DNA of 64,000 nt from an uncultured virus (IMG/VR IMGVR_UViG_3300025015_000444) (lineage: Duplodnaviria; Heunggongvirae; Uroviricota; Caudoviricetes): IMG/VR virus record IMGVR_UViG_3300025015_000444; one strand, 5' to 3'. Below, piece by piece: positions 29,628 through 37,614 of this stretch. Within the stretch, counting starts at the first letter, position 1, and every line of letters begins with the position of its first letter. A program made the translations under genes and the position numbers. The notes under the pieces are model-generated. The model ran no database searches. It worked only from the letters and a program-made list of their open reading frames with translations, and was not told the DNA's origin.

Positions 29628-29757
29628 CGGTCCTCCTTGTTGCTCACGCATGAGCAACAAACGGTGTTGCTGCTAACGGATTGACTCCAGGTGAGCAGCA
29701 ACGCGGAGGACCGCGAGCAACCTACGATTCAGAACTGGGGTATCGCGTTCTCATCAT
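29628..29757 (-). promoter_or_regulatory. translational attenuator-like leader: uORF MMRTRYPSSES-UAG (29757-29722) and anti-SD helix
   Basis: CGGTCCTCC (29713-29705) is the perfect complement of GGAGGACCG (29636-29628), enclosing two hairpins. Confidence 0.7.
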
Positions 29758-29762
29758 CGTCC

Positions 29763-29790
29763 AACATAGCAGGTTGGTTACCGCTGTCAA
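29763..29790 (-). promoter_or_regulatory. sigma70-like promoter TTGACA-N16-TATGTT with extended TG
   Basis: perfect -35; predicted start site at or next to the A of the uORF ATG. Confidence 0.55.
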
Positions 29791-29791
29791 G

Positions 29792-29862
29792 TGCCCCCGG
29801 CAGGAATCGAACCCGCGTCCGGACTTTTAGGGAGTCCTGCTCAGCCCCTGAGCTACGGAGGC
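29792..29862 (-). tRNA. tRNA with CUA anticodon (amber suppressor-like; C33 instead of U33; no encoded CCA)
   Basis: GCCTCCG TA GCTC AGGGGCT GAGC A GGACT CCCTAAA AGTCC GGAC GCGGG TTCGATT CCTGC CGGGGGC A folds into a complete cloverleaf. Confidence 0.85.
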
Positions 29863-29876
29863 TCGTCCCCATACCA

Positions 29877-29904
29877 TCTACCCGATTGGGGTTTTGGCTA
29901 AGCC
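29877..29904 (-). promoter_or_regulatory. phage promoter-like motif GGCTTAG-N14-GGGTAGA upstream of the tRNA
   Basis: consensus match 14 nt before the tRNA 5' end. Confidence 0.7.
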
Positions 29905-30025
29905 TAACGGCAGCCAGGGCGACCAGAACACTGGCGGTAGATGAATTCCCGAAACTGGCGGATCTGGGAAAGTAGGAGGTCCGCGACCCGGATTTTCTAG
30001 AAGACGGGTTTCTGATACGGTCGTT

Positions 30026-30280
30026 TCATGGAACCAGCCATCTAGCCAGGGCTGTTCCCAGGAAAGAGGTGACAATAACCACGGTAGCAATTAGGATGGC
30101 CCACTTGGTTTTCATGTCATTAACCTCATCTTTCAAGGTACGTATGTCTGAATGGTGTTCCTCGCAGGACGTTTTCTCTTGCCAGATTTCGACCCGCACC
30201 AATCGAATATCCAGGGCCGCAAGATCTTTCTCGATAACGACGATCAGTTCTTTCTCCCGTTCTGTCATGTCTGCTATCAT
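30026..30280 (-). CDS. coiled-coil protein with C-terminal TM helix (holin/hemolysin-like architecture)
   Basis: heptad N-terminus and WAILIATVVIVTSFLGTAL. Confidence 0.55.
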   Translation of the reverse strand: MIADMTEREKELIVVIEKDLAALDIRLVRVEIWQEKTSCEEHHSDIRTLKDEVNDMKTKWAILIATVVIVTSFLGTALARWLVP

Positions 30281-30320
30281 CCATCCGTTGCAACAGCATT
30301 TAGCACCCTCAACGTATCGC

Positions 30321-31328
30321 TCAGTTCATGCAATAGGCAGTCTGCTTGGTCACGTAGTTGATGATGGAGAACAGTTCCCGAGCCATTGCCTGGCCTTCAA
30401 GATCAGGGAGAAATCTGGGTGATCCCTGTGCTCGACGAAGAGGAACCCCAACGAGTTTCAGGAGCTTCTGGGCCATTGTAGAGTCCGCATGAGCCACGTC
30501 CCGAAGAACATCCTCGGCACTCTGAAGAGTCTCGACGATGATTTGGGAGTTACCCGTAGCTTTCACCTCGGCATGAGCAGCCCGAAGATAATCCACCAGG
30601 CGTTTGAGAGCCGGAATGCATTGGGTTACTGATTGGGAACCCCATCCGAAACCGGTATCCCGTGTGAGACCTACCGGATATTGACCCATCGGGAGCATCT
30701 TGCCGTCCATGGGAGAAACATGGGCGACCCCGAAAGCATCCACGTAGCCATGATCCGTTCGGGTCTGATAATGCTTTGCCAGTTCTCGCTTGGCCTGGGA
30801 CAGGCCAGCAAACCAGAATCTCGGATCCCTGTCGAATTTACCGCCGTCGATGCGACCAGTCATGCCCGAATCGGTGAGAGCACCCCAACGACGAATGACT
30901 CGGAAACCATTGTCTTCTTCGACGATGAGACCCTCATAGAACTTGGAGTTGTTAGCTCCGGCGTCGATCTTGTAGACCATGAAGGCCATGTCCAGACGAA
31001 CAAGCTCCTTGGTGAGTCCCATCGCTTTCAAGATCGCAAAATGAGCCAGCTTGCGAACGGTAGCAACTTTTTCTGGCAAGGTCATGGAAGCCCAACGAGA
31101 GGCTGTCACCACGGCAGGATGTCGTGCATGTACCGCCTGAAAGGCTTCAGTCTCTGCGACAAGATTGAGCCGAGCCTGGTGAACCACCTGAGCCAGATGT
31201 GGCTTGAGGGCCGGGTTCTGACTGGCCAATCGTACAGTTGCCCGAAGAAGGTCACGTTCCTGTTTGGCCCCGCTTCGATTCCGGATGGTGTCGAGCTCTG
31301 GCCAGAGAGTGGTTGATTGGGTAGGCAT
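30321..31328 (-). CDS. WGR-domain-containing protein
   Basis: KIDAGANNSKFY..VIRRWGA..K...GY; AGGAGG RBS. Confidence 0.7.
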   Translation of the reverse strand: MPTQSTTLWPELDTIRNRSGAKQERDLLRATVRLASQNPALKPHLAQVVHQARLNLVAETEAFQAVHARHPAVVTASRWASMTLPEKVATVRKLAHFAILKAMGLTKELVRLDMAFMVYKIDAGANNSKFYEGLIVEEDNGFRVIRRWGALTDSGMTGRIDGGKFDRDPRFWFAGLSQAKRELAKHYQTRTDHGYVDAFGVAHVSPMDGKMLPMGQYPVGLTRDTGFGWGSQSVTQCIPALKRLVDYLRAAHAEVKATGNSQIIVETLQSAEDVLRDVAHADSTMAQKLLKLVGVPLRRAQGSPRFLPDLEGQAMARELFSIINYVTKQTAYCMN

Positions 31329-31382
31329 GGTGAGTTCCTCCTACCCCCTGGCCGATATTGACTAACTATCGAGGCAGAGAAC

Positions 31383-31811
31383 TCAGAAAGGACAGTCCTC
31401 CTCAAAGACTTCCAACAGAATCTTGGCCGACTTGGCCTTTTTCGGCCGAGGCACAGAGGGAGAGTTGGCCAAACCAGCTAGACCCAGAAAGGTGGCCGCA
31501 AACCCCAGCAGCAGTTGCTTGAGTTCCTCCAGACAAGCCTCGAAATCATTGAGGTTGATGCTATGTCTATCCCACAGGAGATGAACTGAGTTCCCAGTTC
31601 GACCTTGGACTCCGTACAAACCGAGACAGATTTGCCCTGCCTTGCCCCGAGGGAGACCTGGGAGCTTGTCTTGAAGAAAGACCCTACAACAAATCCGAAG
31701 CTGACTCATGTCCAGCAAGTCCACCCAACCGGCATCCCCGTATTCATTTCGATGCCAGGTAGCTCCGGGAAACACAGAATCCCGAACAGCCTGGTATTCC
31801 GGGCGAGTCAT
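31383..31811 (-). CDS. hypothetical protein
   Basis: ATGA overlap, GAGGT RBS. Confidence 0.55.
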   Translation of the reverse strand: MTRPEYQAVRDSVFPGATWHRNEYGDAGWVDLLDMSQLRICCRVFLQDKLPGLPRGKAGQICLGLYGVQGRTGNSVHLLWDRHSINLNDFEACLEELKQLLLGFAATFLGLAGLANSPSVPRPKKAKSAKILLEVFEEDCPF

Positions 31812-31990
31812 GGTACCTCAGATTCATCTGGCTTGGCTGATGGACATGCCTGATAGAACGCTTCCAGGGTCTCGTATTCCTTGCCTTCATGCACGAAATA
31901 GGTTCTGTCCTTGCCCGTTTGCGGATCCCACTTGGATACAGTCAAGGGGATAAATGGAACCCAGATGCCTACGGGGATTTCATCAACCAT
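31808..31990 (-). CDS. small hypothetical protein
   Basis: TGATG coupling. Confidence 0.45.
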   Translation of the reverse strand: MVDEIPVGIWVPFIPLTVSKWDPQTGKDRTYFVHEGKEYETLEAFYQACPSAKPDESEVP

Positions 31991-32787
31991 CAGACAGCCA
32001 CCTTGAACAAATCCCGAATGGCTTCGGGATCCACACCGACCCCTTCGGCCTTGGCATGTTGACTTGCCTCGGCCCCGACTTTGATGGTGAGCACCCGTTC
32101 GCGGTCCAAACAGTAACGCACATAGAGGCCCACTGGGAGCCATGCTCGCAAGGTTTCCTTGGCAACAGACTTGGCTTTCTGTTTCGGGTTCCAGTCACCA
32201 TTCTGGGCCGGGGTCAGGATTTTCTCCCCGAGCTTGACCCCATCCAGGTAAATGGTACCCGGCACCGGGGCACGAGAACTCTCCCCTCCTGGTCCCTGAT
32301 AGACTTTGGCTCCTCGTACAGTGACCCCGTCGATGACCAAAGGCTTCCAGATATTCGGGTCATGTTGTTCAACCGGGGAATCGGCACCCTCTTGGGCCGG
32401 AGTATCACTGGGGGATAGAACCTTGGTGAAAGATTGGTCTATTTCCTGAATGGCCTGGGTTATGTCCACCAGAGTCACTTCAGGATGACTGGCCTGAACT
32501 GCCGTGTAAAGAGCAGGAACCAATCCCTGGGGGTTCCCCCACATCTGATTGAGCTTGCGGCGGCTTCTCTCGACCAGGGCCTTGTAGTCAAAGCCCGTCC
32601 AGATGAGGACATGGACGAAATCGTCCCCGTAGATGATCTGACTGTCCGCTGGGCCTCGGGCGACCCCTTTCTTGTGCAAGATGGCCGAAACCAGGGTTCC
32701 TTGACTGAACCCTTCCTCAATGGCGGCTAGGGTTGAAGCCAGGTGGGTGTCGGTAGCATTAGTGACCGGTGTAACCATTGGAGTCAC
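31990..32787 (-). CDS. hypothetical protein
   Basis: 265-aa ORF with TCGGGTAGA box upstream. Confidence 0.7.
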   Translation of the reverse strand: MTPMVTPVTNATDTHLASTLAAIEEGFSQGTLVSAILHKKGVARGPADSQIIYGDDFVHVLIWTGFDYKALVERSRRKLNQMWGNPQGLVPALYTAVQASHPEVTLVDITQAIQEIDQSFTKVLSPSDTPAQEGADSPVEQHDPNIWKPLVIDGVTVRGAKVYQGPGGESSRAPVPGTIYLDGVKLGEKILTPAQNGDWNPKQKAKSVAKETLRAWLPVGLYVRYCLDRERVLTIKVGAEASQHAKAEGVGVDPEAIRDLFKVAV

Positions 32788-32844
32788 CTCACAAGAGTTC
32801 TACCCGATTCTGATCGAAGCTACCCAAAAAAGGGTAGAAGAGGC

Positions 32845-33096
32845 ATGGGTATTCGAATTCACAAGGCGACAACACGAAAGAACGGTTCTCTTGAACCCCG
32901 TCCCGACAAATTACCTGTAGCCGAACACTGGATGTATCAGACGGCGAAAGATTGCGAGCGTTGCCTGACCTGTGGGGTAATCCACTGGCTGCCCCCCAAC
33001 GAAGGTTGGCTTGCTCCTTATGGAGGTAGTGCAGTCAATTACGTTCCGAACTGCTGGTTCATCAAGGAACATGGACAAGCGTGGGAAACGCCATGA
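32845..33096 (+). CDS. small hypothetical protein
   Basis: GGGTAGA box and GAGG RBS; CLTCG. Confidence 0.45.
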   Translation: MGIRIHKATTRKNGSLEPRPDKLPVAEHWMYQTAKDCERCLTCGVIHWLPPNEGWLAPYGGSAVNYVPNCWFIKEHGQAWETP

Positions 33097-33284
33097 GCCA
33101 CAGTTTTTTCACCGACAGATTATGCCGTCTCGGGCGTCACAACTGGTACTACCTGCCACGGGAGAACAAGCCCCCTCTTCGTTATTGTCTCCACTGTGAT
33201 GAACGGGAAGAGGCTCAGTATGACGCCCTGGCCCGAAAGACTTTCTGGGCACATGAGCACCCCACCCCCAATAAAAAGGCTTAG
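33093..33284 (+). CDS. small Zn-binding protein
   Basis: LCRLGRHNW..RYCLHC; ATGA overlap. Confidence 0.55.
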   Translation: MSHSFFTDRLCRLGRHNWYYLPRENKPPLRYCLHCDEREEAQYDALARKTFWAHEHPTPNKKA

Positions 33285-33305
33285 CCCCGCAACCCACTGC
33301 GTAGT
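33278..33305 (+). promoter_or_regulatory. phage promoter-like motif GGCTTAG-N14-GCGTAGT
   Basis: consensus match overlapping the upstream stop. Confidence 0.7.
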
Positions 33306-33331
33306 AGGGACAAGAAGGAGGCAAAAAAGCC

Positions 33332-34180
33332 ATGACACAGATAAGCCAGTTTGACCGACAGACGGTTCGTACCCTTGACAAGGCAGTAGAGGCGGCTCTT
33401 CAGACCGTGGCCCAGGAATTCGGGCTGACCCTCGCTCTCAAGGGTGCCCGATTCTCCCCATCAGATTGCACCGTCAGGGTGGAGTTCAAGACCGTTACCC
33501 AGATGGCATCCGCCACGGGTACCGTCACAAACATCCCGACTGGCTTTGCTCGGGATGCCCGCATGTTCGGACTCCCCGAGGATTGCTTCGGCAAGACCTT
33601 CAAGTTCGGTGCAACCGAGTACACCATTACCGAAATCAATCCTCGTCGGTTCAAGTTCCCTGTGTCGGCAACCGGCCCCCAGGGCGGCAAGTACAAGTTC
33701 CCAGCCGATGCCGTGCTGCGGGGGTTGGTTGGGGTAACGGGAGCCTCCGTGTTTGCCAACCCCTCGAAGTTCCAGATCGGGGATCGTGTCCAGTGGAAGA
33801 GTCCTTTCGGAAACGTGTTCGGCATCATCGACGGACCTGCCATTCAGGGCGGCACCGAACCTCGTTACAACGTGCTCACGCCAAAGGGTCTCCTGACTCC
33901 GGACGAAAAGAACCTCACCCTGGCCGGGACACGCACCGAGAACGAGATCATGTTGAACATCAACGGTTGCTATAACAACCTCTCCCCCGAGAACCTGTCC
34001 TGTGATGGCGAGGCTTCTCGGGCGCACATGGGTCGTACCGGATCGCATTTGAATCGGATGCTCAAGGCCCTGTTCGCGGAAATCGGTCGGACGGTGTCCG
34101 AGGACGAAGCGGGCAAGTGGTGGTGGAAACACCACGCCAAGACTCTCAGCCCGAGTACCGAAACGGCTGCCGCGTGCTAG
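33332..34180 (+). CDS. phage hypothetical protein (LSPENLSCDGE motif)
   Basis: AAGGAGG RBS, strong codon bias. Confidence 0.75.
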   Translation: MTQISQFDRQTVRTLDKAVEAALQTVAQEFGLTLALKGARFSPSDCTVRVEFKTVTQMASATGTVTNIPTGFARDARMFGLPEDCFGKTFKFGATEYTITEINPRRFKFPVSATGPQGGKYKFPADAVLRGLVGVTGASVFANPSKFQIGDRVQWKSPFGNVFGIIDGPAIQGGTEPRYNVLTPKGLLTPDEKNLTLAGTRTENEIMLNINGCYNNLSPENLSCDGEASRAHMGRTGSHLNRMLKALFAEIGRTVSEDEAGKWWWKHHAKTLSPSTETAAAC

Positions 34181-34373
34181 TCCGGATCACCAATCACTGC
34201 ACAATGCTGTGCTCCCACTGCCTGTCGGATACAGTTACCTTGACGGGATGTATTCGATTCCTCGGCCGTTGGCGAGAATCCTACATCGGGCTGCAAATTG
34301 ATTGAGCGTTAAGCGATGCTTCTCCTGGTTCTGGTACCAGAAGATCAGGGCTTGACGACGGGCGTGTCTCAAA

Positions 34374-35375
34374 TCACGTCCCGTGAATATGACCCGGACC
34401 TTCCCAAGCCTGCCCTCTCGGCCCCTGAAGGGCCATTCGCCGAATAACCCTATCGGCCACCTTCTTGACAAGTACCGGTTGCATTCGATGAGGAGCGAAA
34501 GCAATCACTAGAGCCTCCCACTCAGCACGGGCTTCGGGGGTAGGTTCGGGAAATTGACGATAAGGTTTTCCCATCTGACTGCCCGAGTTTTTGTACTCTC
34601 GCCAGCCTTCAAGCAACGTATCCAAACTCGCCCGGGGTAATGAAGCGACATCTGTTTGACTGGTTCCGAGAATGCGGGCCGCGTCATCCACCCATTCATT
34701 CAACTTCCAGGACTGGGTCTGCACCACCTTACGGGAACAGAATGCCCAAACAGCTTGAAGCTCGGCTGGCGAAGCAGGACGACCCCACTCCCGACGATAG
34801 GCCAGATCAACCTCATCAAGAGCACCGTCCATAATGTCCGCAGGTTCATCCCCCACGTACATCTGACCCTCATTGGGATCCACTCCGGGGATGGCATTCA
34901 TCAAGCCACCCTTATCTACCGGGGGATGCACCATCTGACCTGTTTCGGGATGGGCTGCCCACCACCCAGCAGTTTTGAGTCGGGCGACAAGTCGTTTGCC
35001 GAATCGGTGGGCAAAGGCTCGTGCCACTCTTTGAACGGTTCCATACTCGGGGGTGCCATAGGGAGGCAGACAGCCTCCCTCGGAAGTTGCTCCAGGCACC
35101 TTTACGTCAAAGTCCCCGTCGTGCCCTGTAGTGAAACCCGCCCCGCCGTGTTGTCTGATAACTTGGTTCATGGCATCCCAGGTGACTTCGATGTTTGTGC
35201 TGCTATCCCCCGGCCCCCAAAGACCAGCAGCAAAGGCTTCCCAGTTGCCTTCTCGGACTATTCGGTAAAGAGCTTCGGGGGCAATTGCGTAGATGGTGGA
35301 GGTGTCAGTGCCAATTTTGGCAGCAACCTTAATGAGATACTGGCGGGCAACTCGTTGAAGGAGATGTCGGGGCAT
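34374..35375 (-). CDS. hypothetical protein with repeated RVA motifs (possible virion-internal protein)
   Basis: AGGAGG RBS; QRVARQY and QRVARAF. Confidence 0.65.
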   Translation of the reverse strand: MPRHLLQRVARQYLIKVAAKIGTDTSTIYAIAPEALYRIVREGNWEAFAAGLWGPGDSSTNIEVTWDAMNQVIRQHGGAGFTTGHDGDFDVKVPGATSEGGCLPPYGTPEYGTVQRVARAFAHRFGKRLVARLKTAGWWAAHPETGQMVHPPVDKGGLMNAIPGVDPNEGQMYVGDEPADIMDGALDEVDLAYRREWGRPASPAELQAVWAFCSRKVVQTQSWKLNEWVDDAARILGTSQTDVASLPRASLDTLLEGWREYKNSGSQMGKPYRQFPEPTPEARAEWEALVIAFAPHRMQPVLVKKVADRVIRRMALQGPRGQAWEGPGHIHGT

Positions 35376-35602
35376 TCCCCTGCCTCCTGCCAGGAGGCGA
35401 AGTATAGGAGAGTTAGCGGTTCCAATTAGTAGGTCCGTCCAGGCGTCAAACCTGGACGGACCCCCCACCGTGAGGCATTACTTTGAAAGGCCCCGGCGGT
35501 TGGGCCTTCGGAGAGCCTGTCAAGGGAGATCAACCCACCCCACAGCCCTTAACAGTCTGGATGCCCCTCCCAGCTATGGTCACCTGTGGGGGTCATGTTA
35601 TG

Positions 35603-36502
35603 TTACCCGACCTGCTCCTCATCCAGACCATCTGAGTCTACCGGGGGGACAGGGAAAGCGATGGCCAGATCATGATCCAGATTCCTCAAGTAATCTCGAC
35701 CATAGGGACCGTTCTCCAATCGGTCATATAAGGATTGGGCCAGGTTCGCATCTATACCTGGGTGGACCGCTGCTGCGGCCAAAGCCAGAGAGGCCACCGT
35801 GTCCGTGTCCCCCGTGAAAGCGATGCTGGCCTTGAGTACCCCGGTCATGTCCCCCTTGTCTCTGAGAACAGTCAAGGCAGCCCGAACAACATCCAAGCCC
35901 AGGTTTCTCACCTTGCCCTGCCACTTGGTACCCCAAGACATCCCTGGCAGGTACTCCTCAAGGAGACCAGCTAACCCTGCACGGTCAATCCCGATTCGGC
36001 ATCCCCATACCAATAGGGCACCCGCAGCGGCGGCGGTCATGCCATCATAGGTGGCATGGGTTAGGCTTGCCTGCCACATTGCAAAGTCAATAACCTGTAT
36101 GGGGGTGGCCAGAAAGCCACAAGGGGCTGCCCGCATGACGCCCCCTGACTTGTTACTGTGGGGCAGGATCTTGGCCAGGAAGTCGGCCCCATCCTGTACC
36201 TCAACCAGGAACCGATAGAAGCTGTCTGCATAGCCAGGACGAGGATCCCGTTTGAAAACCTTGATTAGAGTATCTGCCAGATTGAGTGGGGTTCGAGCTT
36301 GTCCCGACAACATGAACTCAGCAATGCCCATCGAAAACTGGGTGTCATCCGTGTAATGTCCTGGAAGTTGGGGGCGCTTCGGATGTTGAAGATAGGTCTT
36401 GCCGTCGTTCCAGGTTCGAGACTTAGTGGGCCGGACGAACTCTCGGCCAGCCCCATAGGCATCCCCAATTGCCAGAGCAACCATCAATCCAGGATCCAGC
36501 AT
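35603..36502 (-). CDS. ADP-ribosylglycohydrolase (DraG/ARH family)
   Basis: AIGDAYGA, YTDDTQ, GGVMRAAP, LTH, GDTDTVA. Confidence 0.9.
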   Translation of the reverse strand: MLDPGLMVALAIGDAYGAGREFVRPTKSRTWNDGKTYLQHPKRPQLPGHYTDDTQFSMGIAEFMLSGQARTPLNLADTLIKVFKRDPRPGYADSFYRFLVEVQDGADFLAKILPHSNKSGGVMRAAPCGFLATPIQVIDFAMWQASLTHATYDGMTAAAAGALLVWGCRIGIDRAGLAGLLEEYLPGMSWGTKWQGKVRNLGLDVVRAALTVLRDKGDMTGVLKASIAFTGDTDTVASLALAAAAVHPGIDANLAQSLYDRLENGPYGRDYLRNLDHDLAIAFPVPPVDSDGLDEEQVG

Positions 36503-36535
36503 TTGGTCCTCTTGTTTAGTCCCCGAACCAATCTA

Positions 36536-36563
36536 TCTACCCGAGGCGCATCTCGACTAAGCC
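36536..36563 (-). promoter_or_regulatory. phage promoter-like motif GGCTTAG-N14-GGGTAGA
   Basis: consensus match upstream of the ARH gene. Confidence 0.7.
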
Positions 36564-36618
36564 ATGAACGGGTAAGATAGGGTGTGGGGCTTTCAACAAC
36601 CTGTTTTTGGGAGGACGG

Positions 36619-37320
36619 ATGAACTGCAAAACGGTGATCATTGAAGGTCTGATTTCAGGGGGCAAAACGACACTGACCCGCGAACTAGGACAGGCTCTTG
36701 GACCTTCCACCTTGATTCTGGTTGAACCCGACGAAAAGAACCAAGCCAACCCCTATCTGGCAGACTACTACGGAGACCCGTCCAGGTACTCTTTCACCAT
36801 GCAGTGCCACCTACTGGCCCTGCGATACCGAATGCACCTACATGCCCAATGGCACGCCATGGAAGGCCACGGTCATGCAATTCTCGACAGGTCCTACTTT
36901 GGCGACACCTGTTTTGCCCGACTGCAATTGACTCTAGGTTTGATGACCCAACGAGAGTTTAATACCTACACAGCTCTCTACCATGCGATGACAGCTTCGG
37001 TTCTGCTCCCCGATGTGTGTCTCCGGGTTTTGGTCAGCCCCGAAACAGCCGTTCGGCGTATCGAGTCCCGGATGGAGAAAGAAACAGGACGCAGATGCGA
37101 ATCGGCCGTCTCGTTGGACTACCTTCGGGGACTAGACCATGAGATAGACCACATGATGAGTGTTCTACGCCAACAGGGAGTCACCATTCTGGATGTCCCT
37201 TGGGATCCTGACCGGGACAGCCCCGAAACCCGTCACCAAGCCGTGGAGGGCTTGGCGGCCCGGATTCAAAACCTCCGCCCACCCGATTTCTTCCTGGATC
37301 TGCACCGCCGCACCACCTAG
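36619..37320 (+). CDS. deoxynucleoside kinase
   Basis: IEGLISGGKTT, NPYLADYY.DP.RY.F.MQ, LDRS..GD..FA. Confidence 0.88.
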   Translation: MNCKTVIIEGLISGGKTTLTRELGQALGPSTLILVEPDEKNQANPYLADYYGDPSRYSFTMQCHLLALRYRMHLHAQWHAMEGHGHAILDRSYFGDTCFARLQLTLGLMTQREFNTYTALYHAMTASVLLPDVCLRVLVSPETAVRRIESRMEKETGRRCESAVSLDYLRGLDHEIDHMMSVLRQQGVTILDVPWDPDRDSPETRHQAVEGLAARIQNLRPPDFFLDLHRRTT

Positions 37321-37614
37321 ACCTAAACCCCCCTTGAATCGGGGGGATCCCTGGGGGGTTGCTAAAAAGTCCAGCCTCCGCCCACACTTAGCCCCCAACT
37401 CCCCCACCCCTTTTGGGCTTTCAAACCCGGTCACCAGACGACACTGACTGTCTGAGTTCAACGGTTTTCGGCTCCCCCCAGTTCAGTCGTGATCGTTTGA
37501 AAGACCCTCATTTCATCGGCTTGTGCGAGAAATTGAGGTTGCCCTCTAAGACAGGGGGATTCACTGAAAATACCTGCGTGTGTTCCCGAACGCAATGGGG
37601 GGTTAGACCCCCCG

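Noticed and set aside
29792..29862. Reading the tRNA as Arg(CCU) or Gly(CCC)
   Set aside because: The perfect 5-bp anticodon stem places CUA at positions 34-36; the other readings need a distorted loop.
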